From: Desulfurococcaceae archaeon | GTDB taxonomy: Archaea > Thermoproteota > Thermoprotei_A > Sulfolobales > Desulfurococcaceae | Length of the DNA: 59,629 nucleotides | Direction of reading: 5' to 3' | NCBI GenBank assembly: GCA_038816475.1 | Contig: JAWBAI010000006.1 | Span: 1-59,629 of the forward strand | Translations under genes and position numbers: made by a program | In this document: in pieces, positions 29,534 to 40,069 of the stretch | How the letters are laid out: each line of letters begins with the position of its first letter | How positions within the stretch are numbered: the first letter of the stretch is position 1 | The notes under the pieces: generated by a model | What the model was told of the DNA's origin: nothing | Seen by the model: the letters and a program-made list of their open reading frames with translations, nothing else | The model's database searches: none

Positions 29534-29665
29534 ATGAGTACACCGCTATACCTATTCTAATACCACCGTATTTATCATGTTGGAGTTCTCCACTGGTACG
29601 TGGTGAACTGCTGGTATTACTTTTAACCCCGTGAATGTATCCTAATTCTCTAAGAGCACGAAGAG

Positions 29666-30022
29666 GTGCGAGGACTCTTGATCACAGCAACTGGAGACTC
29701 CTACAGAAAGCCAACGGCTACTGTGCTTATCCTTGGAGAAGTCAATGAGCGTGTTGTAGAGAAGCTGAGGAGTCTGCTTAGATTACACGGTGCTAAAGGC
29801 CTAAGGATAGTGGTTACTTCCAGCAACGTGGAGAAAAACATTGAAGCTCTCAGAGACTTCTTCCTCAGCAACATCACTTTCACCCTGGAAGCATACTTCG
29901 TGAACCCAGTTGACCTGGAGAAGGTTACGTCTGCCTCCTCAGTTGTATCAGTTCTCGTTTCCAACCCAGACTACACTGGTCATCTTCCTGAAAACTTGAG
30001 AAGCCTAGTTGAGGTGGTGTAG
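29666..30022 (+). CDS. Hypothetical protein
   Basis: 118-aa ORF ending 2 nt before the radical SAM gene. Confidence 0.65.
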   Translation: MRGLLITATGDSYRKPTATVLILGEVNERVVEKLRSLLRLHGAKGLRIVVTSSNVEKNIEALRDFFLSNITFTLEAYFVNPVDLEKVTSASSVVSVLVSNPDYTGHLPENLRSLVEVV

Positions 30023-30024
30023 AC

Positions 30025-31539
30025 TTGGTCTTCGAGGTGCTTATAACCAGCGATAGAACAATGATGAGCAATCATAGAGGTAAAGAGTTCCTAGGATTCG
30101 TGGCTACAGGACCACCGCTGGGGATGCCGGAGTGGCTTTGGATGACACTGTGTGCACCGAGACCCAAGGTGGATAAGCTAGGTAGACCCGTTGAAGCACC
30201 CTATGGTCTTAGGAAGGTCGAGGCTGTTCTACAGAACGCTGGTTTCAACGCTGCCGTGGTAGACCCGGACTACATCCACAAGCACCTGGACACTGCTAAG
30301 GTTATACTAATAGGACACCACGACTACTTCGCCTACAATCCACCCAGTAGCGAGTGGTGGAGCATAACTGGTAGAGAACCGGTTAACAGGAGAAGCTTCA
30401 TGAGGTTCATGAACAGTCCAGCTGTGAGAGAAGCGAAGGAGAAGGGTGCAAAGATCATAGTGGGTGGTCCAGCAGCTTGGCAGTGGCTCTACGAGCCGGA
30501 GCTCATGAAGAAGTGGGGTGTAGACACAGTGGTGGACGGTGAGGGTGAAAAGGTTGTTGTTGAACTCGTGAGTAGAGCGCTGAAGGGTGAACCACTTCCG
30601 AGGTACGTGTACGTAGGTGTTGATAATGCTCCCCGTGTTGAGGAAATCCCGGTTATAAAGGCTGCGAGCGTTAATGGCCTCGTGGAGATAATGAGGGGGT
30701 GTCCAAGGGGCTGCAAGTTCTGCAGTGTAACACTGAGACCTCTCAGGTTCATACCCCTCGAGAAGATACTCGAAGAGGTGGAAGTCAATGTTAGAGCTGG
30801 ATTGAAGGGCATTGTACTTCACAGCGAGGACGTTCTCCTGTACCACGCTGATGGGCTCAAGCCTAGGCCGGAGCCTATTCTCAAGCTTCACAGAGAGGTT
30901 TTGAGTAGAATGGGTGAGAAGAGGCACTTAGCGTGGTCTCACGCGAGCTTAGCAGCCATTGTATACGCTGAAGAGAGCTACGGCTTGATCTCGAAGCTTA
31001 TGAACGAAGTTGTTCTCAACGAGCACAGAAGGTACCTTGGAGTTGAGGTTGGCATAGAAACAGGTAGTCCTGCTCTCGCAAGGAAGATCATGGTTGCAAA
31101 GTCTCTACCTTACCCACCCGAGAAGTGGCCGGATGTCGTGGAGGAATCGTTCAAGATCATGCACGAGAACAAGATCATACCTGCCGCTACGGTGATACTC
31201 GGAATACCCGGTGAAACGCCTGATGACGTCGTAAAAACGATAGAGCTCATCGAGAGGCTTAGACCCTACAGGAGCATCATAGTACCAATGTTCTTTGTAC
31301 CCATGGGTGCACTCAAGAAGAACAACTGGTTTCTCAGGGATCACCTGAGGCCAGAGCACATAGAAGCTCTGGCGAAGATGTACGAGCACACAAGGTACTG
31401 GGCTCTCGACATACTCAGGTTTTACATGTCATCACCCGTGTACCTGCCGTTCAGGCTCCTGCTTAGGTACTTCATATGGTTTGTTGACAGACACGTTAAG
31501 AAGTACATGGGTAAACTTGAGGAAATGGTTAAAAAGTAG
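30025..31539 (+). CDS. Radical SAM protein (B12-binding-like N-domain)
   Basis: RGCPRGCKFC, IIVGGP and VGIETGS. Confidence 0.88.
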   Translation: MVFEVLITSDRTMMSNHRGKEFLGFVATGPPLGMPEWLWMTLCAPRPKVDKLGRPVEAPYGLRKVEAVLQNAGFNAAVVDPDYIHKHLDTAKVILIGHHDYFAYNPPSSEWWSITGREPVNRRSFMRFMNSPAVREAKEKGAKIIVGGPAAWQWLYEPELMKKWGVDTVVDGEGEKVVVELVSRALKGEPLPRYVYVGVDNAPRVEEIPVIKAASVNGLVEIMRGCPRGCKFCSVTLRPLRFIPLEKILEEVEVNVRAGLKGIVLHSEDVLLYHADGLKPRPEPILKLHREVLSRMGEKRHLAWSHASLAAIVYAEESYGLISKLMNEVVLNEHRRYLGVEVGIETGSPALARKIMVAKSLPYPPEKWPDVVEESFKIMHENKIIPAATVILGIPGETPDDVVKTIELIERLRPYRSIIVPMFFVPMGALKKNNWFLRDHLRPEHIEALAKMYEHTRYWALDILRFYMSSPVYLPFRLLLRYFIWFVDRHVKKYMGKLEEMVKK

Positions 31540-31580
31540 CTTCATATAGTATACCATCAAAGACTCAGGCTTGAACACTG

Positions 31581-33122
31581 TTGAAAAGCGCTCGCGGTGT
31601 AAGAGAGGTGGAAACGTTTTACATTACAACTCCAATATACTATCCGAACGCGCCGCCGCACATAGGTCATGCCTATACGACCGTGTTCGCTGATGCAGTA
31701 GCCAGGTACAAGAGGTTAATGGGCTACAGGGTTTTCTTTCTCACTGGCAACGATGAGCATGGATTAAAGCTTCAGAAAGCAGCTGAATCGGCTGGTAAGC
31801 ATCCAAAGGAGTTCGTTGATGAAATGGCTGAGGTTTTCAAGAAGTACTGGAGAAGCCTGGACATATCGTACGATCACTTCATAAGGACAACAGACAGCTA
31901 CCACGAGGAAACTGTGAAGAAGGCTTTCGAGTACATATACGGAAAGGGCTTGATATACAAGGCTAAGTACAGTGGACTCTACTGCGTTGAGTGCGAAAAG
32001 TACTACTCACCGGGCGAGTACGTGGAGGTAAACGGTAAACCCCATTGCCCACTGCACAGTAAACCACTCGAGTACATGGAGGAGGAAACGTACTACTTTA
32101 AGCTCAGCGATTTCAAGGACTACCTACTGAGTGTTCTAAGGGACAGAGACATAGTAGTTCCCAGAAGCTACGCTGACGAGGTTATTGCAAAGATCGAGCA
32201 CGAGGGTCTTCGAGACATATCTGTTGCTAGACCAAAGGAGAGAGTTTGGTGGGGTATCCCGGTACCATTCGACGAGAACTACGTGGTATACGTGTGGTTT
32301 GACGCACTGCTGAACTACGTTAGCGCGATAGAAGCGTTGAGAAACGAGGAGAAGTTCAAGGCTTACTGGAGCAATGTTCACCACGTCATAGGGAAGGACA
32401 TACTGTGGTTCCACACGGCTGTCTGGTTCTCGATACTTAAAGCGCTCGACCTTGAACCACCGAAGAAGCTGATAGTTCATGCCTTCTTAACAATGAAGGG
32501 TGCTAAGATGAGTAAGAGCGTGGGTAACGTGGTAACAATAGAAGAGATGCTCGAGAGGTACGGTGGCTCCGATGCCACCAGGTACCTGCTAATGAGGATA
32601 TTCAACATGGACAAGGACAGCGATTTCTCCTTTGAGCTACTAGACTCCATTTACTTGAGTGAACTAGCTGATACCTACGGAAACCTTGTTAGAAGAGCTG
32701 GTGTTCTCGCCCAGAAGAAGTCCGGTGGAAGAATCTACAGGAGGAGCATGGACGAGAATCTGTTGAACACCATTAACGAGAAGCTCAACGCGTACGTGGA
32801 TGCAATGGAGAACTTCGAGGTTTCAAGAGCAACTACAGTAGCAATGGATGTTGCGAGAGCGGCGAACCAGTACTTGAACGAGACAAAGCCCTGGGAGAAG
32901 AGTGATCCAAGCAAGGAGCTCTACGGTGTTCTGGAGGCTATTAGGGTTGCTACACTAATGCTTTACCCGTTCACGCCGAGAGCTTCAAGCACCGTGGCTA
33001 GAGCGTTTGGATTCGAGCTTTTGAACCCGGTTAAAGCAGGACTTGAGAGCGTTGAAAGGTACAGCATTACTAGTGCACCGATACTCTACCGCAAGGAGCT
33101 CGTGAAGAAGAGGGAAGGATAA
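31581..33122 (+). CDS. metG: Methionyl-tRNA synthetase
   Basis: ITTPIYYPNAPPHIGH, DEHG, CVEC...CPLH, YVWFDAL, GKDI and KMSKS. The start may be GTG 31608. Confidence 0.96.
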   Translation: MKSARGVREVETFYITTPIYYPNAPPHIGHAYTTVFADAVARYKRLMGYRVFFLTGNDEHGLKLQKAAESAGKHPKEFVDEMAEVFKKYWRSLDISYDHFIRTTDSYHEETVKKAFEYIYGKGLIYKAKYSGLYCVECEKYYSPGEYVEVNGKPHCPLHSKPLEYMEEETYYFKLSDFKDYLLSVLRDRDIVVPRSYADEVIAKIEHEGLRDISVARPKERVWWGIPVPFDENYVVYVWFDALLNYVSAIEALRNEEKFKAYWSNVHHVIGKDILWFHTAVWFSILKALDLEPPKKLIVHAFLTMKGAKMSKSVGNVVTIEEMLERYGGSDATRYLLMRIFNMDKDSDFSFELLDSIYLSELADTYGNLVRRAGVLAQKKSGGRIYRRSMDENLLNTINEKLNAYVDAMENFEVSRATTVAMDVARAANQYLNETKPWEKSDPSKELYGVLEAIRVATLMLYPFTPRASSTVARAFGFELLNPVKAGLESVERYSITSAPILYRKELVKKREG

Positions 33123-33124
33123 GC

Positions 33125-34117
33125 TTGAAGTACTACGTTGCAGTTGACGTTGGTGCTACCAAGACAAGGATAGCGTTGTGCACCGCGGAAAACGTACTGG
33201 ACAAGGTTGTTGAGCAAACTCCGAGAGAGGGTAACGAGTACACGGTAGCCGAGTTCATAGCAAGCACTGTTCGCACGAGGTGGAAGAGCTTCCTGGACCA
33301 GGTGGAATCCGTTGGCGTTGGCACCATTGGACCCATAGACATCAGAAGAGGACGTGTTGTATACGCTCCGAACCTTCCGCTGCACACCTTTCACCTGCTT
33401 GAGCCGCTTGTTGAAGAACTCAGAAAACCTGTTTACGTAGCCAACGACGCTGTTGTAGCTGTGTGGGGTGAGAAACACTACGGTTTAGCAAGGAACCATG
33501 ACAACGTGGTCTACGTAACCATGAGCACTGGTATTGGCGTAGGAGTGATCGTGGACGGGCATCTGCTCATAGGGAAAGCGGGTAATGCTCACGAAGCAGG
33601 ACACATAGTAGTAGACTACAGCTCGGATCTCCCGTGTGGATGCGGTGGTAGAGGTCACTGGGAGGCTTACGCGGGTGGAGCAAACATCCCCAGGCTGGCA
33701 AGGTACGTTTACGAGAAAACACGAGTGAAGTCTCGTCTCGGGGAGCTTCTGGAGAGAGGGGAGGATGTTACAGCGAAAACAGTGTTCGACCACTACAGAG
33801 CTGGTGATAAGCTGGCTGAGCTCGTCGTGGAGACGATCGTAAAAGCCACTGCAGCCGGGCTTGCCTCCGTGATAAACGTCTACGACCCTGAGCTCGTGAT
33901 TCTAGGTGGAAGCGTTTTCCTCAACAACGTTGATGTGCTCTACGAGCCTGTGGTTGAACTCGTGAAAAACAACATAGTTACGGAAGCACCCGAGTTTAAA
34001 CCAACATCACTGGGAGACGACGTAGGTTTGTACGGTGCACTAGCAGTAGCAGCGTACACGCCTGAAACGCTGAAGAGGATTCAGTACCCTTTGATAATGG
34101 AGATCCTATCTAAGTAG
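33125..34117 (+). CDS. ROK-family ATP-dependent hexokinase/glucokinase
   Basis: VDVGAT, ANDA, STGIGVG, EAGH and CGCGGRGHWE. Confidence 0.92.
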   Translation: MKYYVAVDVGATKTRIALCTAENVLDKVVEQTPREGNEYTVAEFIASTVRTRWKSFLDQVESVGVGTIGPIDIRRGRVVYAPNLPLHTFHLLEPLVEELRKPVYVANDAVVAVWGEKHYGLARNHDNVVYVTMSTGIGVGVIVDGHLLIGKAGNAHEAGHIVVDYSSDLPCGCGGRGHWEAYAGGANIPRLARYVYEKTRVKSRLGELLERGEDVTAKTVFDHYRAGDKLAELVVETIVKATAAGLASVINVYDPELVILGGSVFLNNVDVLYEPVVELVKNNIVTEAPEFKPTSLGDDVGLYGALAVAAYTPETLKRIQYPLIMEILSK

Positions 34118-35479
34118 TTCAATGGTGATGGTTTCAACGAGTGCTGCAAGTAGCAGTACTAGTGCTCCCATCGCGAAGAAACCCGCGTACTTTCTCGGCT
34201 CCCCGTAGAACACCGATGCTGATACCATAATGGAGTACGCTAGGATCTCGAGCACCGAGTGTGGTAGTACCAGGACGACTAAGCTGAACAAGCTCGCCTG
34301 GTGAGTAGTCAATACTCCAAGTACTAAGCCCGCGTTGAAAACCCCGGTTGCCAGTGTTAATCCTCCAAGAAGAGGTATTACAGATGGAGCTGAGATAGCG
34401 AGGTTGTTGAGGAATATGATGAAACTCCTCGTTAGTGCATCAACCTCTAGAAAGTAGCGCGATTGCTCAGTGAACTCTCTGTAGAGGTTAACGTAGATTG
34501 TGTAACCCAGTAAACCGCTGAGAACTCCTCCAGCTATTACCATGTACATCACAGCGAAGACCACTAGAACGGTTCTCGCGAAGCCTTTACTCCTCGTGGT
34601 CGCGGGTACAAGGCTGATCAGTAGACCCGTGCACGCGTAAACGTAGTAGCTTGCCATTACACCGAGGTATGAGAGAACAGCGGCTAACCCGAGAACGATC
34701 AGGCATAACCCCGTCAGCAGCTTGAGCTGTGGTTCAACGGTGTTCTCCAGCGGCTTCTGCGGAGGACTCGATGGTGGTGCGGGATGAGAGCTGTGAACTT
34801 CCTCAACATGCTTGTTGAATGCTCTTGCTGTTCTGTAGGACATGTACACCATGTAGAGCCCTAGGGTTGCAATGAACAGCACTAAGTCCACTGCTGCGTG
34901 GAGTGCTCCGTAGCTACTCGTGTACTCCTTGTCGAAGAGCACTTTCTCCTCTAGTCTACGGTGTTTTCTAATTGTCATTTCAGCTGTGACCAGTAACACT
35001 GGGTAGAATAGACCACTGGTGAGAAGCGCTAGTATAAGCCCTGTTAGAGGCGATGGAAGAGCTGTCCTCTCAACCGTGTTCTCCAGTTGCTGGAGGAGGC
35101 TTAGGTAGTTCTGTTCACCCTTGAAGTAGTACACTGCAACTCCGCTACTGTACAGGTGCTTCCTAAGCGTTCTTAGTAGAACGTAGGATGAAACCATGGA
35201 GGAGAGCGTGAACCCGGCTGAGAACAGTAGACCTGCTGTGAGGTGCAAACCCGGAAAAAGTGCATAGCTCTCGGCTAGGTCCATGGGTCTCTCTGTTAAA
35301 GCTCTGAGCAGCGTTGTGAAACCTAGGAGTAGGAGCAGCATCGATGGAAAAGCAAAGAACGATGGTAAAACCACTAGTGCTGTGTTCAGCTTCTCGAACT
35401 TCAGTTTTTCAACGAGCTCACCTAGAGGGCTGGCAACGCTTTGGTCCTTCACACCGACACCCGGGGTATATTTATCCAC
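34106..35479 (-). CDS. Membrane protein with a C-terminal SpoIIM/DUF95 domain
   Basis: IFLNN, LPHSVLE and AALVE motifs, with many TM segments. Confidence 0.75.
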   Translation of the reverse strand: MDKYTPGVGVKDQSVASPLGELVEKLKFEKLNTALVVLPSFFAFPSMLLLLLGFTTLLRALTERPMDLAESYALFPGLHLTAGLLFSAGFTLSSMVSSYVLLRTLRKHLYSSGVAVYYFKGEQNYLSLLQQLENTVERTALPSPLTGLILALLTSGLFYPVLLVTAEMTIRKHRRLEEKVLFDKEYTSSYGALHAAVDLVLFIATLGLYMVYMSYRTARAFNKHVEEVHSSHPAPPSSPPQKPLENTVEPQLKLLTGLCLIVLGLAAVLSYLGVMASYYVYACTGLLISLVPATTRSKGFARTVLVVFAVMYMVIAGGVLSGLLGYTIYVNLYREFTEQSRYFLEVDALTRSFIIFLNNLAISAPSVIPLLGGLTLATGVFNAGLVLGVLTTHQASLFSLVVLVLPHSVLEILAYSIMVSASVFYGEPRKYAGFFAMGALVLLLAALVETITIELLR

Positions 35480-35509
35480 GAGGGTGTTTTAATAAAGTGG
35501 TGATCAGCT

Positions 35510-36496
35510 GTGACGAGAGCTCTCATTCTTCACGGAGGAGCCGGAGCCTGGAGAATTAGACCAGGCGTGGAGAAGTCCATTGAAGCAGTCAAGGTTTGCA
35601 CAGAGCGTGCTTGGAGGGTTCTAGAGAAGACAAGCAACGCTGTTGACACCGTTGTAGAGGCTGTTAAGTGCATGGAGGACTCGGGATTCCTGAACGCTGG
35701 TTACGGCTCCGCTCTGAACATTCTTGGTGAAAGAGAACTGGACGCTGGTTTGATGTCTTCAACGGGTTTAATGGGCGCTGTAGCAGCTGTCAGAGCCACC
35801 AGGAACCCTGTTCTCCTAGCTAAGCTCGTAGCCGAGAAAACACCCCATGTTCTCCTCGCTGGTGAAAACGCTGATAGACTAGCAATAGCCTACGGACTAC
35901 CCCCGCTTCCACCACCTCCACCTCACGTGGTTGAAAGGTACAGGGATGCTCTGAGAAAGGTGTTCAGGGAGGAGCCCGGAGACCCGTACTACAGGCTTCT
36001 CAGAAGCTTTGTTGAGAACAGTGGTGTTTTCCACAGGCTTGTTCAAGATCTGATAAACGTCTTCGATACGGTTGGTGCTGTGGCGCTGGACGATAGAGGA
36101 GTACTTGCAGCTGCCACCAGCACTGGTGGTATACTGCTGAAGCTACCGGGTAGAGTAGGTGATACACCGATACCCGGAGCAGGCTTTTACGCAGGGTCCG
36201 ATACAGCCTGTAGTTCAACGGGCATTGGTGAGCAGATAGTTAGAGCTATGCCTTGCCTAAGGCTAGACCAGGAGTACATGCTCACCGGGAGCCTTGAGAA
36301 AGCTGTGAGCAGGGTCATGGAGCACGTGGAGAAGAGTGTTGGAAGCAACACCATGGGCTTCATAGCCGTTGACAAGGAGGGCAACGTGGGGTACGCCTAC
36401 AACACAGAGGCTATGCTGATAGGCTACGTGCACAAGGGGGAGATCATTGCTGAGCTTAAGCCTGAGCCGAGGATCAGAGTCATAGAGCCTGGTTAA
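35510..36496 (+). CDS. Isoaspartyl peptidase / L-asparaginase (Ntn hydrolase)
   Basis: LHGGAG, NAGYGS, DTVGAVA, ATSTGG and GRVGDTP. Confidence 0.92.
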   Translation: MTRALILHGGAGAWRIRPGVEKSIEAVKVCTERAWRVLEKTSNAVDTVVEAVKCMEDSGFLNAGYGSALNILGERELDAGLMSSTGLMGAVAAVRATRNPVLLAKLVAEKTPHVLLAGENADRLAIAYGLPPLPPPPPHVVERYRDALRKVFREEPGDPYYRLLRSFVENSGVFHRLVQDLINVFDTVGAVALDDRGVLAAATSTGGILLKLPGRVGDTPIPGAGFYAGSDTACSSTGIGEQIVRAMPCLRLDQEYMLTGSLEKAVSRVMEHVEKSVGSNTMGFIAVDKEGNVGYAYNTEAMLIGYVHKGEIIAELKPEPRIRVIEPG

Positions 36497-36501
36497 CCCC
36501 T

Positions 36502-37074
36502 ATGAGCTTGAACTGCGTTGTGGTTCTCGACGTGGACGGTACACTCATACCCATTCTCGTTGACTTCGAGAAACTTCGAAGTGATGTGAGAAGACTACTT
36601 GGAGTAGACCACCCTCTTAGACCGCTTGGAGAAAGCCTTGCTCGTCTTCAGGTCAGCGATGAAGCTAAGAGGAGAGCATGGGAGCTGATCGAAAGAGAGG
36701 AGGAGCTGTCTCTGAGTAGGCTAAACCCGTCTGATCTAGGCGAAAACCTACTGTTCTTAGAGCTTCTTCGATCCATGGGTGCTGACGTGTACTTTGTAAC
36801 TATGCGTAGCTGGAAAACAGCGAGAATGCTCTTCTCGAAGCTTGGTGTGAACATTGATGAGTCCAAGGTTGTAACCCGTGATTTGAGCTCCTTCAGAGTT
36901 GAGCAGTTGAGGGTTATTGTGGAAAGAGCTGGAGGGAGAAGAGTTGTGTTCTTGGGTGATACCATATACGACGAGGAAGCAGCAAGAGCGATAGGCGTAG
37001 ACTTCATAATGGTCAGGAGTTTCCGCGAGCTTCCGGGAAAGCTTGAAAGCATTGTAGAGCTCTGCAGGTTTTAA
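36502..37074 (+). CDS. HAD-family hydrolase
   Basis: LDVDGTL and LGDTIYDEEAA. Confidence 0.88.
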   Translation: MSLNCVVVLDVDGTLIPILVDFEKLRSDVRRLLGVDHPLRPLGESLARLQVSDEAKRRAWELIEREEELSLSRLNPSDLGENLLFLELLRSMGADVYFVTMRSWKTARMLFSKLGVNIDESKVVTRDLSSFRVEQLRVIVERAGGRRVVFLGDTIYDEEAARAIGVDFIMVRSFRELPGKLESIVELCRF

Positions 37075-37129
37075 GCAGGGTTTCAGCGGGGACCCTGAGC
37101 CGAATTCAATACCATCTTGAGCTCTGCTT
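37073..37129. other. Hairpin-rich element between convergent genes
   Basis: CAGGGTTTC-AGCG-GGGACCCTG stem, with an alternative long stem AAGCAGGGT...GCTCTGCTT. Confidence 0.35.
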
Positions 37130-37159
37130 CCTTGCACTTATTTCACTCAATTCACGTTC

Positions 37160-37945
37160 TCATAGCCTTGGGCTTGGTTCCTCTGTGTAGTAGTCTTCTC
37201 CACCAGCAACAACTCTCTGTACAGCAGCGTAGAGGTCGTCGAAGCCTTCTCCGCTCAGGTTCGATACGGGTACTGTTTCGAAGACGGTTAGTTTCTCGGC
37301 AATGGTTTCGATCTCGTACTCGTCCCAGATCAGCCTGGCTGGTCTCTCACTCATGATGCTGCCGGCTAGTTCCTCGGGGTTTTCGAGCATCTCCAGTGTC
37401 TTCTCCAGTTGTCCTGGCTCCAGGAGGTCTATTTTCGTGAGTACGTTGATCTGCGGGTAGCCTATTCTCGCGTAGGTTGATGCTGAGAGTAGTAGTGCTG
37501 AGAGAAGGTTGAGTGGTGACGATGCGAACGTTGAGTCTACCAGGAACAGTGTTACAGCCTTAGCGTCTCCCACGAGAGCTCTGAGCACCATGGGGCCCGT
37601 TGGTCTGAAGGCGAATATCTCCATTTGACCAGGTGTGTCTATCACGATGTAGTTCGACCTAAGGCTCCAAACCTCCTCTTTTATGTCCTCGATGTTCAGG
37701 AGGAGCATGTCAACGGAGGCTAATAGTGCACCGTTGGGTCCAAGCCCTGTTTTCCTCATGATGTCCCTGGCGTCAACGTAGTCTCTCACGTCTACGTCGG
37801 GCTTGTAGGGTAGATCCTCAACGGCTGGATCAAGGTTTACCATGGCTGCATCGAGCTGATGACTTGTCAAGTACGTGTAGAGTACGCTTGTAAGCGATGA
37901 TTTACCACTACCGGCTGTTCCAAGCACAATGATGAAGTAGGGCAT
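37160..37945 (-). CDS. GPN-loop GTPase
   Basis: GTAGSGKS, NLDP, GLGPNG, DTPGQME and TKID. Confidence 0.93.
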   Translation of the reverse strand: MPYFIIVLGTAGSGKSSLTSVLYTYLTSHQLDAAMVNLDPAVEDLPYKPDVDVRDYVDARDIMRKTGLGPNGALLASVDMLLLNIEDIKEEVWSLRSNYIVIDTPGQMEIFAFRPTGPMVLRALVGDAKAVTLFLVDSTFASSPLNLLSALLLSASTYARIGYPQINVLTKIDLLEPGQLEKTLEMLENPEELAGSIMSERPARLIWDEYEIETIAEKLTVFETVPVSNLSGEGFDDLYAAVQRVVAGGEDYYTEEPSPRL

Positions 37946-38005
37946 GAGGGGTTCACCCTGGTTCGGGTTTAGCGTGAACGGGTTATAACTTGGTGCACTA
38001 GTGCT

Positions 38006-39103
38006 CTAAAACCATATGAAGCCTCTATAGCTCACCCCGTGGAACTTGCCGCGGAAGTTCAACCTGTACCCGCAGTAGGGGCACGTGAAGTTCTCCTTGA
38101 GATGCCATCTCCTCACGTAGAACCCGTACCTCTCAACTACGACTCTTCCACAGCGTGGGCAGTACGTGTTCTCCAGCGTGTGACCCCAGACGTTTCCAAT
38201 GTACACATGCTTCAACCCGGTTTCTCTTGCAACCTCCGCTAGCTTCTCGAGTGTTGACACGGGTGTTGATGGTAGCTCTTGCAGCAGGTAGTCCGGGTGG
38301 AACCTGAGCAGGTGGAAGGGTGTTTCATCACCGAGGTTCTCAGCTATCCACTTCGCGAGCTTTGCAACATCCTCGGGTTTATCGCCAACCTCTGGTACTA
38401 CGAGGTTTGTTACCTCTATCCACCAACCCTGCTTCTTCATCTCGAGGAGGCTCTCGAATACTGGCTCAGGGTTTGGTACACCCATGTACTTCCTGTAGAA
38501 CTCCCTGCTACCACCGCCCTTGAAGTCCACTGTTGCAGCGTCAATGTAGCTACCGATCTCCCTTATGGCTTCCGGTGTCATGTAGCCGTTGGTTACCATG
38601 GTGTTGAACAAGCCCTTCTTCTTCGCGAGCTTAGCTGTGTCGTACATGAACTCGTAGAAGACCGTTGGCTCGTTGTAGGTGTAGCTTATGCCGTGACTAC
38701 CGGTTTTCGTAGCCAACTCCACAACGTCCTCCGGTTCGTAGGGTTCTCCGTAGACTCTGTCTCTTCTGCTCTGGCTTAGAACCCAATTATCGCAGAACTT
38801 GCAGTAGAAGTTGCATCCTGCTGTTGATATCGAGAAAACCACAGCACCCGGGTTGAAATGCATGAGGGGCTTCTTCTCTATTGGATCAGCGTTCGCGGCT
38901 GTCAGTATACCGTAGACAACCGTGTAGAGTCTCCCCTCGTGGTTGTACCTCACACCGCATGCTCCGAAGGCTCCTGGTACAACGGTGCACCTCCTGTGGC
39001 AGAGGTCGCAGACCACTCTCCCGTCTCCCAGTGAACGCCACATTGATGCCTCCTTAACGCCTGGTCTATCGATGTCGAAGGACTTGAGCTTGTACATTCC
39101 CAT
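38006..39103 (-). CDS. AmmeMemoRadiSAM-type radical SAM enzyme (PflA-like)
   Basis: CDLCHRRC, DPIEKKPL, GCNFYCKFCDNW, YTYNEP and RFHP. Confidence 0.9.
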   Translation of the reverse strand: MGMYKLKSFDIDRPGVKEASMWRSLGDGRVVCDLCHRRCTVVPGAFGACGVRYNHEGRLYTVVYGILTAANADPIEKKPLMHFNPGAVVFSISTAGCNFYCKFCDNWVLSQSRRDRVYGEPYEPEDVVELATKTGSHGISYTYNEPTVFYEFMYDTAKLAKKKGLFNTMVTNGYMTPEAIREIGSYIDAATVDFKGGGSREFYRKYMGVPNPEPVFESLLEMKKQGWWIEVTNLVVPEVGDKPEDVAKLAKWIAENLGDETPFHLLRFHPDYLLQELPSTPVSTLEKLAEVARETGLKHVYIGNVWGHTLENTYCPRCGRVVVERYGFYVRRWHLKENFTCPYCGYRLNFRGKFHGVSYRGFIWF

Positions 39104-39157
39104 GGTTCACCTCTCTGAGTATATAACCTCTATAAGCCCGTTATATCTAGTCTGGGG

Positions 39158-40069
39158 GTGTTCTTGGCGAGAGCACTGGTACTACCCGGTTTCACGCTTG
39201 GTTATTCCATTGCACAGGCTCTGAGCATTCCAGTGCTGGACGTCGTGGAGAAGGTTTTCCCCGATGGAGAGCTGTACCTGAGGATCAAGCAGGTTGAGGA
39301 GCTGAAGGGGGAGGATGCTCTGGTGGTTTCCACAATGTACCCTGCTCAGCTGGAGAACTTCTTCAAGACGCTGATGATGATCAACGCCTCCGTTAACTCC
39401 GGTGCATCAAGGGTTATCGTACTGGTTGCTTACATGCCGTACGCTAGGCAGGACAAGGTCTTCTTACCCGGTGAACCTGTGTCCGGGTGCCTGGTGGCTA
39501 AGGCTTTGAAGTCTGCTGGAGCGAGTGCTCTGGTCACCGTTGATGTTCACAGCACGAGGGTTCTCGAGTGCTTCGAGGGTGATACTGTGAACATCGTGGT
39601 ATCCGATGCCCTGGTGGAGCACGCTTTGAAGTATACTGTGAACCCGGTTGTCATAGCTCCGGACAAGGGTGCACTCGAGAGAGCTGCTTATGCCGCTAGA
39701 ATGTTCAACCTAGACTTCGACTACCTTGAGAAGCAGAGGGACAGAGTTACCGGTGAGGTCACGTACGTGCCCCGCGAGGTGAGTGTTCAGGGGAGGGACG
39801 TGGTGATAGTGGACGACATAATCAGCACTGGTGGAACAATCGCCGAGGCTTCCAGGACTCTGCTGAGGAGTGGTGCTAGAAGTGTTCTCGTTGCTGCAAC
39901 CCACGGTTTACTCGTGGGTGATGCTGTGAACAGGATAAGCAGTGCTGGTGTTAAGAGAATAGTTCTGGGTGATACACTGCTCACCAGGTACTTCCACCCG
40001 TTGGTTGAGTACGTGGACGTCTCGAGCAGGGTTTCCAGGACTCTACGAGGGGTTCTCGGTTTACCTTGA
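39158..40069 (+). CDS. prs: Ribose-phosphate pyrophosphokinase
   Basis: FPDGE, PYARQDK, VDVHS, APDKGA and VDDIISTGGT. Confidence 0.95.
   Translation: MFLARALVLPGFTLGYSIAQALSIPVLDVVEKVFPDGELYLRIKQVEELKGEDALVVSTMYPAQLENFFKTLMMINASVNSGASRVIVLVAYMPYARQDKVFLPGEPVSGCLVAKALKSAGASALVTVDVHSTRVLECFEGDTVNIVVSDALVEHALKYTVNPVVIAPDKGALERAAYAARMFNLDFDYLEKQRDRVTGEVTYVPREVSVQGRDVVIVDDIISTGGTIAEASRTLLRSGARSVLVAATHGLLVGDAVNRISSAGVKRIVLGDTLLTRYFHPLVEYVDVSSRVSRTLRGVLGLP

Noticed and set aside
36422-36433. GGCTACGTGCAC shared with the mini-array spacer
   Set aside because: A 12-nt match inside a CDS that does not extend; consistent with chance.
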